Origin: an uncultured Bacilli bacterium
Lineage (GTDB): Bacteria; Bacillota_I; Bacilli_A; RF39; UBA660
DNA: 64,000 nucleotides
Reading direction: 5' to 3'
Assembly (NCBI GenBank): GCA_934167825.1
Contig: CAKPLY010000002.1
Span: 105,900-169,899, forward strand
Shown here: positions 30,359 to 38,171 of the stretch, piece after piece
How the letters are laid out: every line of letters starts with the position of its first letter
Position numbering within the stretch: position 1 is the first letter of the stretch
Made by a program: the position numbers and the translations under genes
Notes under the pieces: model-generated
What the model was told of the DNA's origin: nothing
Seen by the model: the letters and a program-made list of their open reading frames with translations, nothing else
Databases searched by the model: none

Positions 30359-32929
30359 ATGGATAATGAATTAAATAATGAAATAAATAATACTGACAAT
30401 AATATAAGTAATGATATAAATGATTCTTTAGTTAAAGATAATGAAATAAATGATGAGGAAGTAAATAATTTTGGTGGTTCTTTTCATGAAAGAGATAGCT
30501 TAGCAGAAAATAATATTGTAGAAGAGGTTAAAAGGTCATTTTTAGACTATTCTATGAGCGTAATTACCTCTCGTGCTATTCCAGACTTAAGAGATGGTTT
30601 AAAGCCTGTACACAGACGTATTTTGTGGAGTATGTTTAATTCTGGATACACACCAGATAAACCACATAGAAAATCTGCAAAAACAGTTGGTGAGGTTATG
30701 GGTAATTATCATCCTCATGGTGATTCATCAATTTACGAAGCAATGGTAAGAATGGCACAAGATTTTAACCAAAGATATATTTTGATTGATGGACATGGAA
30801 ATTTTGGTAATATTGAGGGAGACGGCGCTGCTGCAATGCGTTATACCGAGTCAAGATTATCAAAACTATCTTTAGAACTTCTTAGAGATATAAGAAAAGA
30901 TACTGTAGACATGGGTAAAAACTTTGATGAAACTTTAGATGAACCTGTCGTTTTACCTAGTAGATTTCCAAATATCTTAGTTAATGGTACAATGGGTATT
31001 GCTGTTGGTATGGCAACAAATATTCCACCTCATAATTTAGGTGAAGTAATTGATGGTTGTGTTGCTTATATTGATAATCCTGATATTGATACTTTAGGTT
31101 TGATGCGATACATTAAGGGACCTGATTTTCCTACTGGTGGGATTATATTAGGAAATTCAGGTATTAAAAAAGCTTATGATACAGGGCGCGGTTCAATTAC
31201 TATAAGAAGTAGGGCAACTATTGAGGAACATAATAATCATAGTCAAATTATTATTACTGAAGTTCCTTATGGTGTAAATACTATGGAACTTAAAAATAAG
31301 GTTGCAGAATTAGTTAGGGATAAAGTTATAGAAGGTATATCTGATTACCATACTGATTTAAAAGATGGTGTAAAAATTACTATAACTCTTAAACGTGAAG
31401 CAAATGCTCAAGTAGTTTTAAATAATTTATATAAACATACTAATTTTCAAATAAGTTATGGTATTATTTTCTTGATGATAGATAATGGTACTCCAAGAAC
31501 ATTAGGATTAAAGGATATAATTTCAAAATATATAGACTATCAAAGAGAAGTTATTATTAGAAGAACTAAATTTGATTTAAATAAAGACGAAAAGAGAGTT
31601 CATATATTAGAAGGTTATAAAATTGCACAAGATAATATTGATGAAGTAATTAGTATTATTAAAAATGCGGAAAGTGATATTGTTGCAAAAGAGCAATTAA
31701 TGGCTAGATTTGGATTTAGTGAGATACAAACAGATGCTATATTAGAATTGAAATTACGTAGATTAACTGGTTTAGAAAGAGAAAAAATTGAGGCTGAATT
31801 GGCAATGTTATTAAAAGAAATAGAAGAACTTAAATCAATTCTAGCTGATGGTCAAAAGGTTTTAAATATAATTAAAGAAGAATTACTTGAAATAAAAGGT
31901 AAATTTGCTGATGAAAGAAGAACTTCTATTGATATGACTGCTATTGATTATATCGAGGACGAATCTTTAATTCCAGTAGAGGATATAGTTATTACTTTAA
32001 CAAATAAGGGATATATCAAGAGATTAAAGGCTGATACTTATAGAACGCAAAATAGAGGCGGTATGGGTATTAAAGGTATGTCTACAAATGAAGAGGATTT
32101 CGTTGAGCATATAATTAATTCTACTACGCATGATTATATATTTATGTTTACAAATAAGGGAAAGGTATACCGTATAAAAGGTTACGAAATACCTGAATAT
32201 AGTAGACAATCTAAAGGTTTACCTGTGATTAATCTTCTAAACTTAGAAAAAGATGAAAAAATAACATCTTTATTAAAGGTTTTAAAAGATGATGATAATA
32301 AATATTTAATATTTGCTACTAAGAGTGGTTTAATAAAACGTACTGATATTACAGAATTTGATAATATTAGAACTAATGGAAAGAAATTTATTACTTTAAA
32401 AGGTGATGATGAGTTAGTTTCTGTTAAGAAAACTACTGGAGAAAACGACATTTTAATGGCTTCTTCTAAAGGAAGAGTTGTTAGATTTAATGAAAATTGT
32501 ATTAGAGTTATGGGACGTTCTGCAGCTGGTGTTAGAGGTATTAACTTAGGTGATGGACATTTGGTTGGTATGGAGATTGCCGTTCCAAATATTGATGTTT
32601 TAGTTGTTACTGAAAAGGGATATGGAAAGAAAACTCCTATCGATGAGTATAGAATTACTAATCGTGGTGGTAAAGGTGTAAAAACATTAAATATAACTGA
32701 GAAAAATGGTAATTTAGTATCTTTAAAAACTGTTACAGATGTTAATGATTTGATGATTATAACTAATATTGGTATTGTTATTAGGTTATCTATTGAAAAA
32801 ATTTCTTCGATGAGTAGAGTTACACAAGGAGTTAAACTTATTAATTTGAAAAATGAACAATTTGTAAGTTCTACAGCAATTATTAACAAAAATGAAGAAG
32901 AATTTAAAGATTTAGAGGAAGAAAATTAA
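30359..32929 (+). CDS. gyrA: DNA gyrase subunit A (with ~45-aa N/D-rich N-terminal extension)
   Basis: DGLKPVHRR, HPHGD, AAAMRYTE (catalytic Tyr), C-terminal beta-pinwheel repeats. Strong RBS AAAGGAGG. Confidence 0.98.
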   Translation: MDNELNNEINNTDNNISNDINDSLVKDNEINDEEVNNFGGSFHERDSLAENNIVEEVKRSFLDYSMSVITSRAIPDLRDGLKPVHRRILWSMFNSGYTPDKPHRKSAKTVGEVMGNYHPHGDSSIYEAMVRMAQDFNQRYILIDGHGNFGNIEGDGAAAMRYTESRLSKLSLELLRDIRKDTVDMGKNFDETLDEPVVLPSRFPNILVNGTMGIAVGMATNIPPHNLGEVIDGCVAYIDNPDIDTLGLMRYIKGPDFPTGGIILGNSGIKKAYDTGRGSITIRSRATIEEHNNHSQIIITEVPYGVNTMELKNKVAELVRDKVIEGISDYHTDLKDGVKITITLKREANAQVVLNNLYKHTNFQISYGIIFLMIDNGTPRTLGLKDIISKYIDYQREVIIRRTKFDLNKDEKRVHILEGYKIAQDNIDEVISIIKNAESDIVAKEQLMARFGFSEIQTDAILELKLRRLTGLEREKIEAELAMLLKEIEELKSILADGQKVLNIIKEELLEIKGKFADERRTSIDMTAIDYIEDESLIPVEDIVITLTNKGYIKRLKADTYRTQNRGGMGIKGMSTNEEDFVEHIINSTTHDYIFMFTNKGKVYRIKGYEIPEYSRQSKGLPVINLLNLEKDEKITSLLKVLKDDDNKYLIFATKSGLIKRTDITEFDNIRTNGKKFITLKGDDELVSVKKTTGENDILMASSKGRVVRFNENCIRVMGRSAAGVRGINLGDGHLVGMEIAVPNIDVLVVTEKGYGKKTPIDEYRITNRGGKGVKTLNITEKNGNLVSLKTVTDVNDLMIITNIGIVIRLSIEKISSMSRVTQGVKLINLKNEQFVSSTAIINKNEEEFKDLEEEN

Positions 32930-32940
32930 TAAAAAGTTGA

Positions 32941-32970
32941 TGAAAACGTGAAAAAAGCGTTTTCATTTTT
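32941..32970 (+). terminator. Rho-independent terminator after gyrA
   Basis: tgaaaacg-tgaaaaaag-cgttttca followed by a T-run. Confidence 0.75.
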
Positions 32971-33055
32971 ATTTTCCCTTGTAATTACATACGCATACAT
33001 TTGTTTGCATGTTGATAACTTTTTTGAATATAGAAATAAATTGTAAATTTATTTT

Positions 33056-33073
33056 ATGTTCCACGTGGAACAT
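33056..33073. promoter_or_regulatory. parS: parS-type site 1
   Basis: Exact 18-mer. Perfect palindrome extends to 28 bp (33051-33078). Confidence 0.85.
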
Positions 33074-33311
33074 AAAATGTTATAATAATTTATGTTTGTG
33101 TTTTATATTTATAATGTTTAAAAGTTTCTTATCTATTTATATAATTTTATCCTGTTGATAAACGTAATATAATTAGTATTATTTTTAAATACATAATCTG
33201 TTGATAGAATAATTTTATTATTTATGATAGGTAAGTAATATATATTTATATAAATTATATGAAGTATTTTTTGATATTAATTACAATATTGAATATTTCT
33301 TTTATAAAATA

Positions 33312-33329
33312 ATGTTCCACGTGGAACAT
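33312..33329. promoter_or_regulatory. parS: parS-type site 2
   Basis: Exact 18-mer with no arm extension. Left boundary of duplication copy A. Confidence 0.85.
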
Positions 33330-33479
33330 AAACAATGGATGTTTATATACAAATATTAAAGCAGTATAATATTTATAGATTATATTTTTTAATAATTCTT
33401 ATAGTTTATTGCTTATTATTTTGTGTATAATAGTTTTATTTGAATACATTAATAATGATGTTTTTGCGTTTTTTATGTC

Positions 33480-33497
33480 ATGTTCCACGTGGAACAT
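33480..33497. promoter_or_regulatory. parS: parS-type site 3
   Basis: Exact 18-mer. Perfect palindrome extends to 38 bp (33470-33507). Confidence 0.85.
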
Positions 33498-33719
33498 GAC
33501 ATAAAAATAAATTTTAATTAAATGTATTTAAGTGATTTAAAAAAAAGAGTTATATTTATTTGTTTAAATTAATATTAATATCATTATTATAGAGCGTTAT
33601 TTTATAATAAATTATTATTATTTTTTTATAAATCGTTGTTTTGATATTATTTTATTAGTAACTGTTAAGAATCTTACTTACGAAAAAATTACATCATTTA
33701 ATTTTTATTTGTCATATTC

Positions 33720-33737
33720 ATGTTCCACGTGGAACAT
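33720..33737. promoter_or_regulatory. parS: parS-type site 4
   Basis: Exact 18-mer. Perfect palindrome extends to 30 bp (33714-33743). Confidence 0.85.
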
Positions 33738-33836
33738 GAATATAGATATATATATAATATTATTTTTAATTAATATTTATTTAATATATGTTTAATTATT
33801 ATTATTTTGTTGTATTTTTTGTATTGATGATTTTTT

Positions 33837-33854
33837 ATGTTCCACGTGGAACAT
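33837..33854. promoter_or_regulatory. parS: parS-type site 5
   Basis: Exact 18-mer. Perfect palindrome extends to 30 bp (33831-33860). Confidence 0.85.
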
Positions 33855-33973
33855 AAAAAAATACTTTAGTTAAGTTTGATTTTGTTAATAAATTTATTTA
33901 ACAAATTTATAACTTATATTTTTCATTAAATTGTTATTATATATTATTTATTATTACTTTTTTGTATATATAT

Positions 33974-33991
33974 ATGTTCCACGTGGAACAT
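33974..33991. promoter_or_regulatory. parS: parS-type site 6
   Basis: Exact 18-mer. Its right flank gacataaaaa equals the right arm of site 3. Confidence 0.85.
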
Positions 33992-34130
33992 GACATAAAA
34001 ATCTTTTGTATGTTAAAATGATTTTTATATTGATAAAATTGTTATTTATATAATATAGAGTACATATTTAGATTATTTTTTTAAGTTAAACTAAAATTTT
34101 TTTGTTGTATTATTTTATTAAATTTTATTT

Positions 34131-34148
34131 ATGTTCCACGTGGAACAT
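34131..34148. promoter_or_regulatory. parS: parS-type site 7
   Basis: Exact 18-mer. Perfect palindrome extends to 30 bp (34125-34154). Left boundary of duplication copy B. Confidence 0.85.
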
Positions 34149-34298
34149 AAATAATGGATGTTTATATACAAATATTAAAGCAGTATAATATTTATAGATT
34201 ATAATTTTTAATAATTCTTATAGTTTGTTGCTTATTATTTTGTGTATAATATTTTTATTTAAATATATTAATAATGATATTTTTATGTTTTTTATGTC

Positions 34299-34316
34299 AT
34301 GTTCCACGTGGAACAT
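34299..34316. promoter_or_regulatory. parS: parS-type site 8
   Basis: Exact 18-mer (22-bp palindrome, 34297-34318). Left flank equals the site 3 arm and right flank equals the site 4 arm, so it is a hybrid. Confidence 0.85.
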
Positions 34317-34432
34317 GAATATGAATATATATGATATTATTTTTAATTAGTATTTATTTAATATGTGTTCAATTATTATTATTTTTTTATATACTCAAAT
34401 CTGTTGTTATATATTTTTATTGGTGTTTTTCT

Positions 34433-34450
34433 ATGTTCCACGTGGAACAT
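34433..34450. promoter_or_regulatory. parS: parS-type site 9
   Basis: Exact 18-mer. Perfect palindrome extends to 32 bp (34426-34457). Confidence 0.85.
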
Positions 34451-34678
34451 AGAAAAAATACTTTAATTAAGTTTAATTTTGTTAATAAATTTATTTAACA
34501 AATTTATAACTTATATTTTTCGTTAAATTGTTATTATATATTATTTATCATTGCTTTTTTGTATATATATATTAAATATTAGTTATTACTGTGTTTGAGT
34601 ATATTGTATTGATTTAGAAAATACTTATTTAACTGTTTTGTAATAACGATTTAAAAAGATGTGCATATATTTTATTTC

Positions 34679-34696
34679 ATGTTCCACGTGGAACAT
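34679..34696. promoter_or_regulatory. parS: parS-type site 10
   Basis: Exact 18-mer. Perfect palindrome extends to 38 bp (34669-34706). Confidence 0.85.
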
Positions 34697-34843
34697 GAAA
34701 TAAAAATTTATATAAAATATTGATTATTTATAAAATATATTGTATTATTAATATGCAACATTAATGTTAGAACCAGGTCAGGAATGGAAATTAGCAGCCT
34801 TAATAACCTCTTAATGTGTGCATTTTTTTTATTTATAATTATT

Positions 34844-34861
34844 ATGTTCCACGTGGAACAT
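34844..34861. promoter_or_regulatory. parS: parS-type site 11
   Basis: Exact 18-mer, ending 18 nt before the tadA ATG. Confidence 0.85.
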
Positions 34862-34879
34862 GGAAAGAGTAGTAGATTT

Positions 34880-35293
34880 ATGAATATTGAATTTTTTAAA
34901 AAAACAATTGAACTTGCTGAAAAAGCCTGTTTTGAAAATGAAGTTCCTGTTGGTGCAGTAGTTGTTAAAGATAATAAAATTATTGGTTGTGGATATAATA
35001 AAAAAGAGCAAACTAAAGATCCTACAATGCATGCTGAATTTATTGCAATTCGCGAGGCATGCAATTTTATTGGTGATTGGAGACTAGATGATTGTGATTT
35101 ATATGTAACATTAAAACCGTGTATGATGTGTTGTGGATTAGTTGTTGAAACACGTATTAGAAATGTATATTATATTTTAGATAAGTGCGAACAATCGTAC
35201 GATAATAAACACCATATTTTACAAGACTTTACGTTAAAAAAGTACTATTTAAATTTATTACAAAATTTTTTTAAGAAATTGAGAAATAAATGA
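34880..35293 (+). CDS. tadA: tRNA-specific adenosine deaminase
   Basis: HAEFIAIREA and PCMMCCG zinc motifs. ATG 34880 has RBS GGAAAGAG. The track ORF start at 34784 would read through parS site 11 and is rejected. Confidence 0.85.
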   Translation: MNIEFFKKTIELAEKACFENEVPVGAVVVKDNKIIGCGYNKKEQTKDPTMHAEFIAIREACNFIGDWRLDDCDLYVTLKPCMMCCGLVVETRIRNVYYILDKCEQSYDNKHHILQDFTLKKYYLNLLQNFFKKLRNK

Positions 35294-35330
35294 TTTTTTG
35301 TGCTATAATAGTAGTATGTGGGAGGTGTTT

Positions 35331-37028
35331 ATGCGTTATTTAGCTTTATATAGAAAATATAGACCCGAAAATTTTGATGATGTTGTTGGTCAAAGTAAAG
35401 TAGTAAATGTTATTAAAAATGAAATATCTAATAATAGAATTTCACATGCTTACTTATTTTCAGGACCTCGTGGTACTGGAAAAACTACAACTGCAAAAAT
35501 TATTGCAAAAATGGTTAATTGTGAAAACTTAGTTGATGGTGAGTGCTGTAATAAATGTTCTAATTGTATGAATTTTAAAAATAATAATGATATTGTAGAA
35601 ATTGATGCTGCATCTAATAACGGTGTTGATGAGATTAGAGAATTAAGAGATAAAATTAACTTAGTTCCAAGTAATAGCAAATATAAAGTTTATATAATTG
35701 ATGAGGTACATATGCTTACAACACAGGCATTTAACGCTTTATTAAAAACTTTGGAAGAACCACCTGCGCATGTCATATTTATTTTGGCTACCACAGAGTT
35801 ACATAAGGTTCCTTTAACTGTTTCTTCGAGATGTCAAAAATTTCAGTTTTCTAAAATATCAAATGATGAAATTGTATTACGACTTAAAACTATATTAGAA
35901 AAAGAGAATATGGTTATTGATGATGATGTCTTAAGTGAAATTGCAAGATTATCTGATGGTGGTATGAGAGATGCCATTAATATGTTAGATCAATTAATTG
36001 CTTATAAAGGTGCTGACATAAAATTAAATGATGTTTATGAGATTGGTGGTTATGTTTCTTACATTGATTTATATAATTTTATAAACTATATTTATAATAA
36101 TGATATATCTAATATTGTTAATTTTATAGAGAATATTGATAATAAAGGTAAGAGTATTTCTAAATTTATTGAAGAATTAATTGTTTTTCTTAAGGATATT
36201 TTATTAAAGAAAAATGCAAATATTGACTGTGAAATTAAAGAGAAAGAGTCAAAAATAGTAGAACTTTCTTCAATTATAGATGAGAGTTGTATTTATGATA
36301 TGATATATATATATAATGATACTATTAACAATATAAAGAACTCTAATAATTCAGTAATTTTATTTGTAATAAGTACTTTAAAAATAATAGATAGAGATTT
36401 TAAGAAAAAGAATGATGATGCTGATTTAATTAAATATAATAGCATTCATAATTGTGGTGATTATAATAAAAATAGCGACGTTAGTTTTAAACAGGAGAAT
36501 TTAGAACAGGTAAGTAGTGATGTTGATGCTGATTTTAACAAATGTTTGGTTACTAAAGAAATTGAAGATAAAGTTAACATTAGAATTAACAATACATTTG
36601 TTTATGCTAATAAAAATGAATTGAATGAAATGAAAAAAATATGGATTAAAATTAATGACTATTTGTTAGATAAAAACTATTCTTTAAATTGTGGAATATT
36701 AAAGGATTGTTCTGTTGTGGCAGTTGGTGATAAATACTTAATTTTAACTTCAAAATATGAAACTACTGTTAATAAAATTAACTTAAAAATGGAAAATATA
36801 GAAAAAACATTAAGTTCTATATTTAATAAAAATTACTATATTGTTGCATTAACAGAGGATAGATGGAATAAAGAAAAAAAACAATATGCTATAAATATTA
36901 AAAATGGCAAGAAATATATTTTTGCTGAATATAATAAAAGTAATCTAACTGATGAGAAGAAGAATCCTGTTGATGAACTTATAGATATTGTTGGGGAAGA
37001 TTTGGTTGAAATAAAAAAGAGAGGATGA
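35331..37028 (+). CDS. dnaX: DNA polymerase III subunit gamma/tau
   Basis: LYRKYRP..F.DVVGQ, GPRGTGKTT, zinc module CENLVDGECCNKCSNC, IIDEVHML, SRCQKF. ATG 35331 has RBS GGGAGGTG. Confidence 0.95.
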   Translation: MRYLALYRKYRPENFDDVVGQSKVVNVIKNEISNNRISHAYLFSGPRGTGKTTTAKIIAKMVNCENLVDGECCNKCSNCMNFKNNNDIVEIDAASNNGVDEIRELRDKINLVPSNSKYKVYIIDEVHMLTTQAFNALLKTLEEPPAHVIFILATTELHKVPLTVSSRCQKFQFSKISNDEIVLRLKTILEKENMVIDDDVLSEIARLSDGGMRDAINMLDQLIAYKGADIKLNDVYEIGGYVSYIDLYNFINYIYNNDISNIVNFIENIDNKGKSISKFIEELIVFLKDILLKKNANIDCEIKEKESKIVELSSIIDESCIYDMIYIYNDTINNIKNSNNSVILFVISTLKIIDRDFKKKNDDADLIKYNSIHNCGDYNKNSDVSFKQENLEQVSSDVDADFNKCLVTKEIEDKVNIRINNTFVYANKNELNEMKKIWIKINDYLLDKNYSLNCGILKDCSVVAVGDKYLILTSKYETTVNKINLKMENIEKTLSSIFNKNYYIVALTEDRWNKEKKQYAINIKNGKKYIFAEYNKSNLTDEKKNPVDELIDIVGEDLVEIKKRG

Positions 37029-37034
37029 TAGAAT

Positions 37035-37334
37035 ATGAATATGCAAGCTTTAATGAAACAAGCGCAAAAAATGCAAAAAGAGTTATTACAAACTCAAAGT
37101 GAATTAGAAAATAATAAGTATGAAGGTAATTCTTCATTTGTTAATGTTGTTGTTAATGGAAAAAAAGAAGTTTTATCTATAAAAATAAATGCTGATGAAG
37201 ATATAAAGAAAGATGAAATGGATTTATTAGAAGACATGGTACTTGTTGCAGTTAATGATGCTTTAAAGAAAGCGGAAAATGATAAAGAAAAGAAACTTAG
37301 CAAGTATGGCAATAGTTTAACTGGATTGATGTAA
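37035..37334 (+). CDS. ybaB: Nucleoid-associated protein YbaB/EbfC
   Basis: 99 aa, MQALMKQAQKMQ... Synteny dnaX-ybaB-recR. Confidence 0.9.
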   Translation: MNMQALMKQAQKMQKELLQTQSELENNKYEGNSSFVNVVVNGKKEVLSIKINADEDIKKDEMDLLEDMVLVAVNDALKKAENDKEKKLSKYGNSLTGLM

Positions 37335-37335
37335 T

Positions 37336-37932
37336 ATGTATCCTGATAGTATTAAAAATTTAATTGATAGTTTAAAAAAACTTCCTGGTATTGGAGAAAA
37401 GAGTGCTGAAAGGCTTGCATTTTCTATTATAAACTTTGATAAAGATTCACTAACTTTTTTTGCTGACTCTTTATTAGCTGTTAGAGACAAAATAAGAAGA
37501 TGTAGTGTATGCAATTATGTTTCTGATGGTGATTTGTGTAAAATTTGTTCTAATGAAAATAGAAATAAAAATATAGTTTTTGTTGTAGAAAAAGCAAAAG
37601 ATGTTATTTCATTTGAAAAACTAGGAGTTTATAAAGGAGTATACCACGTTCTAGATGGTTTGATCTCACCACTTGATGGTATAAATCCTGAAGATATAAA
37701 TTTAAAAAGTTTAATTGATAGAATAGATAATGAAAATATTACTGAAGTTATTTTAGCATTAAAACCAAGTATTGAAGGGGAAACTACTACACAATATATA
37801 AAAAGAATTTTAAGTAATAAAAGTGTTAAAATAAGTAAAATTGCTACAGGTATACCTATTGGTACTGATATGGAATATATAGATTCTTTAACATTAGAAA
37901 TGTCTTTGGAAGAAAGAAAGTTAATTTCATAA
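37336..37932 (+). CDS. recR: Recombination protein RecR
   Basis: LPGIGEKSAERLAF, C4 zinc finger CSVCNYVSDGDLCKIC, Toprim domain. Confidence 0.95.
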   Translation: MYPDSIKNLIDSLKKLPGIGEKSAERLAFSIINFDKDSLTFFADSLLAVRDKIRRCSVCNYVSDGDLCKICSNENRNKNIVFVVEKAKDVISFEKLGVYKGVYHVLDGLISPLDGINPEDINLKSLIDRIDNENITEVILALKPSIEGETTTQYIKRILSNKSVKISKIATGIPIGTDMEYIDSLTLEMSLEERKLIS

Positions 37933-37971
37933 AGAATAAAAGTTTATCATACTTTTATTATGAGGTATGAT

Positions 37972-38160
37972 ATGAAATTTATTAAAAAGATTATAAAGAG
38001 ATTAATTTTTTCTTTCTTTCTATTGTATGGATATAATAATATTTTAATGCCTATTAATATGGATATACCTATTAATATTTATACTGTTTTACTTATTACT
38101 ATTTTTGGTATTCCTATTTTAGTTATGTTTGTTTTAATAAAAATTATATTCTTTATTTAG
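37972..38160 (+). CDS. Small membrane protein, possibly BofA-like
   Basis: About 62 aa, two TM segments, IFGIPILVMFVL resembles the BofA LG(I/L)PG segment. Position after recR as in Bacillus (recR-yaaL-bofA). Confidence 0.35.
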   Translation: MKFIKKIIKRLIFSFFLLYGYNNILMPINMDIPINIYTVLLITIFGIPILVMFVLIKIIFFI

Positions 38161-38171
38161 GAGTGATTAAT

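Larger units (their letters stand above)
33312..33975. repeat. Segmental duplication copy A within the parS array (contains sites 2-5, ends at site 6)
   Basis: Aligns with 34131-34572 at roughly 90% identity by eye, except for an extra 240-bp site3-to-site4 interval. Confidence 0.8.
34131..34572. repeat. Segmental duplication copy B within the parS array (sites 7-9)
   Basis: Offset 819 bp from copy A. Lacks exactly one parS-to-parS interval. Homology ends where copy A has site 6. Confidence 0.8.
33056..34861. repeat. parS: Array of 11 identical parS-type palindromes (ATGTTCCACGTGGAACAT) in gene-free AT-rich DNA
   Basis: Exact 18-mers start at 33056, 33312, 33480, 33720, 33837, 33974, 34131, 34299, 34433, 34679 and 34844. 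The core TGTTCCACGTGGAACA fits the parS consensus TGTTNCACGTGNAACA. Confidence 0.85.

Noticed and set aside
32182-32889. 235-aa minus-strand ORF inside gyrA, plus similar antisense ORFs in mfd, ftsH, mnmE and the PBP gene
   Set aside because: They are antisense to confidently identified conserved genes. Long shadow ORFs are expected in AT-rich DNA with skewed codon usage.
33056-34861. Repeat array considered as a CRISPR locus
   Set aside because: The repeats are perfect palindromes of 18 bp core. The 'spacers' are irregular (99-238 bp) and partly duplicated, and no cas genes or leader are present. The core matches parS instead.
33056-34861. Repeats considered as Noc-binding sites (NBS)
   Set aside because: As recalled, the NBS is ATTTCCCGGGAAAT with a CCCGGG centre. 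These sites have the parS-type GTT...CACGTG...AAC arrangement.
34784-34879. Track ORF start at 34784 for the deaminase gene (N-terminal MEISS...MFHVEHGKSSRF)
   Set aside because: The extension is translated parS/AT-rich spacer (MFHVEH comes from the palindrome). ATG 34880 has a proper RBS and gives a normal-length TadA.
34708-35064. Minus-strand ORFs 34708..35064 and 34829..35032
   Set aside because: They are antisense to tadA and run across parS sites, with no RBS and low-complexity products.
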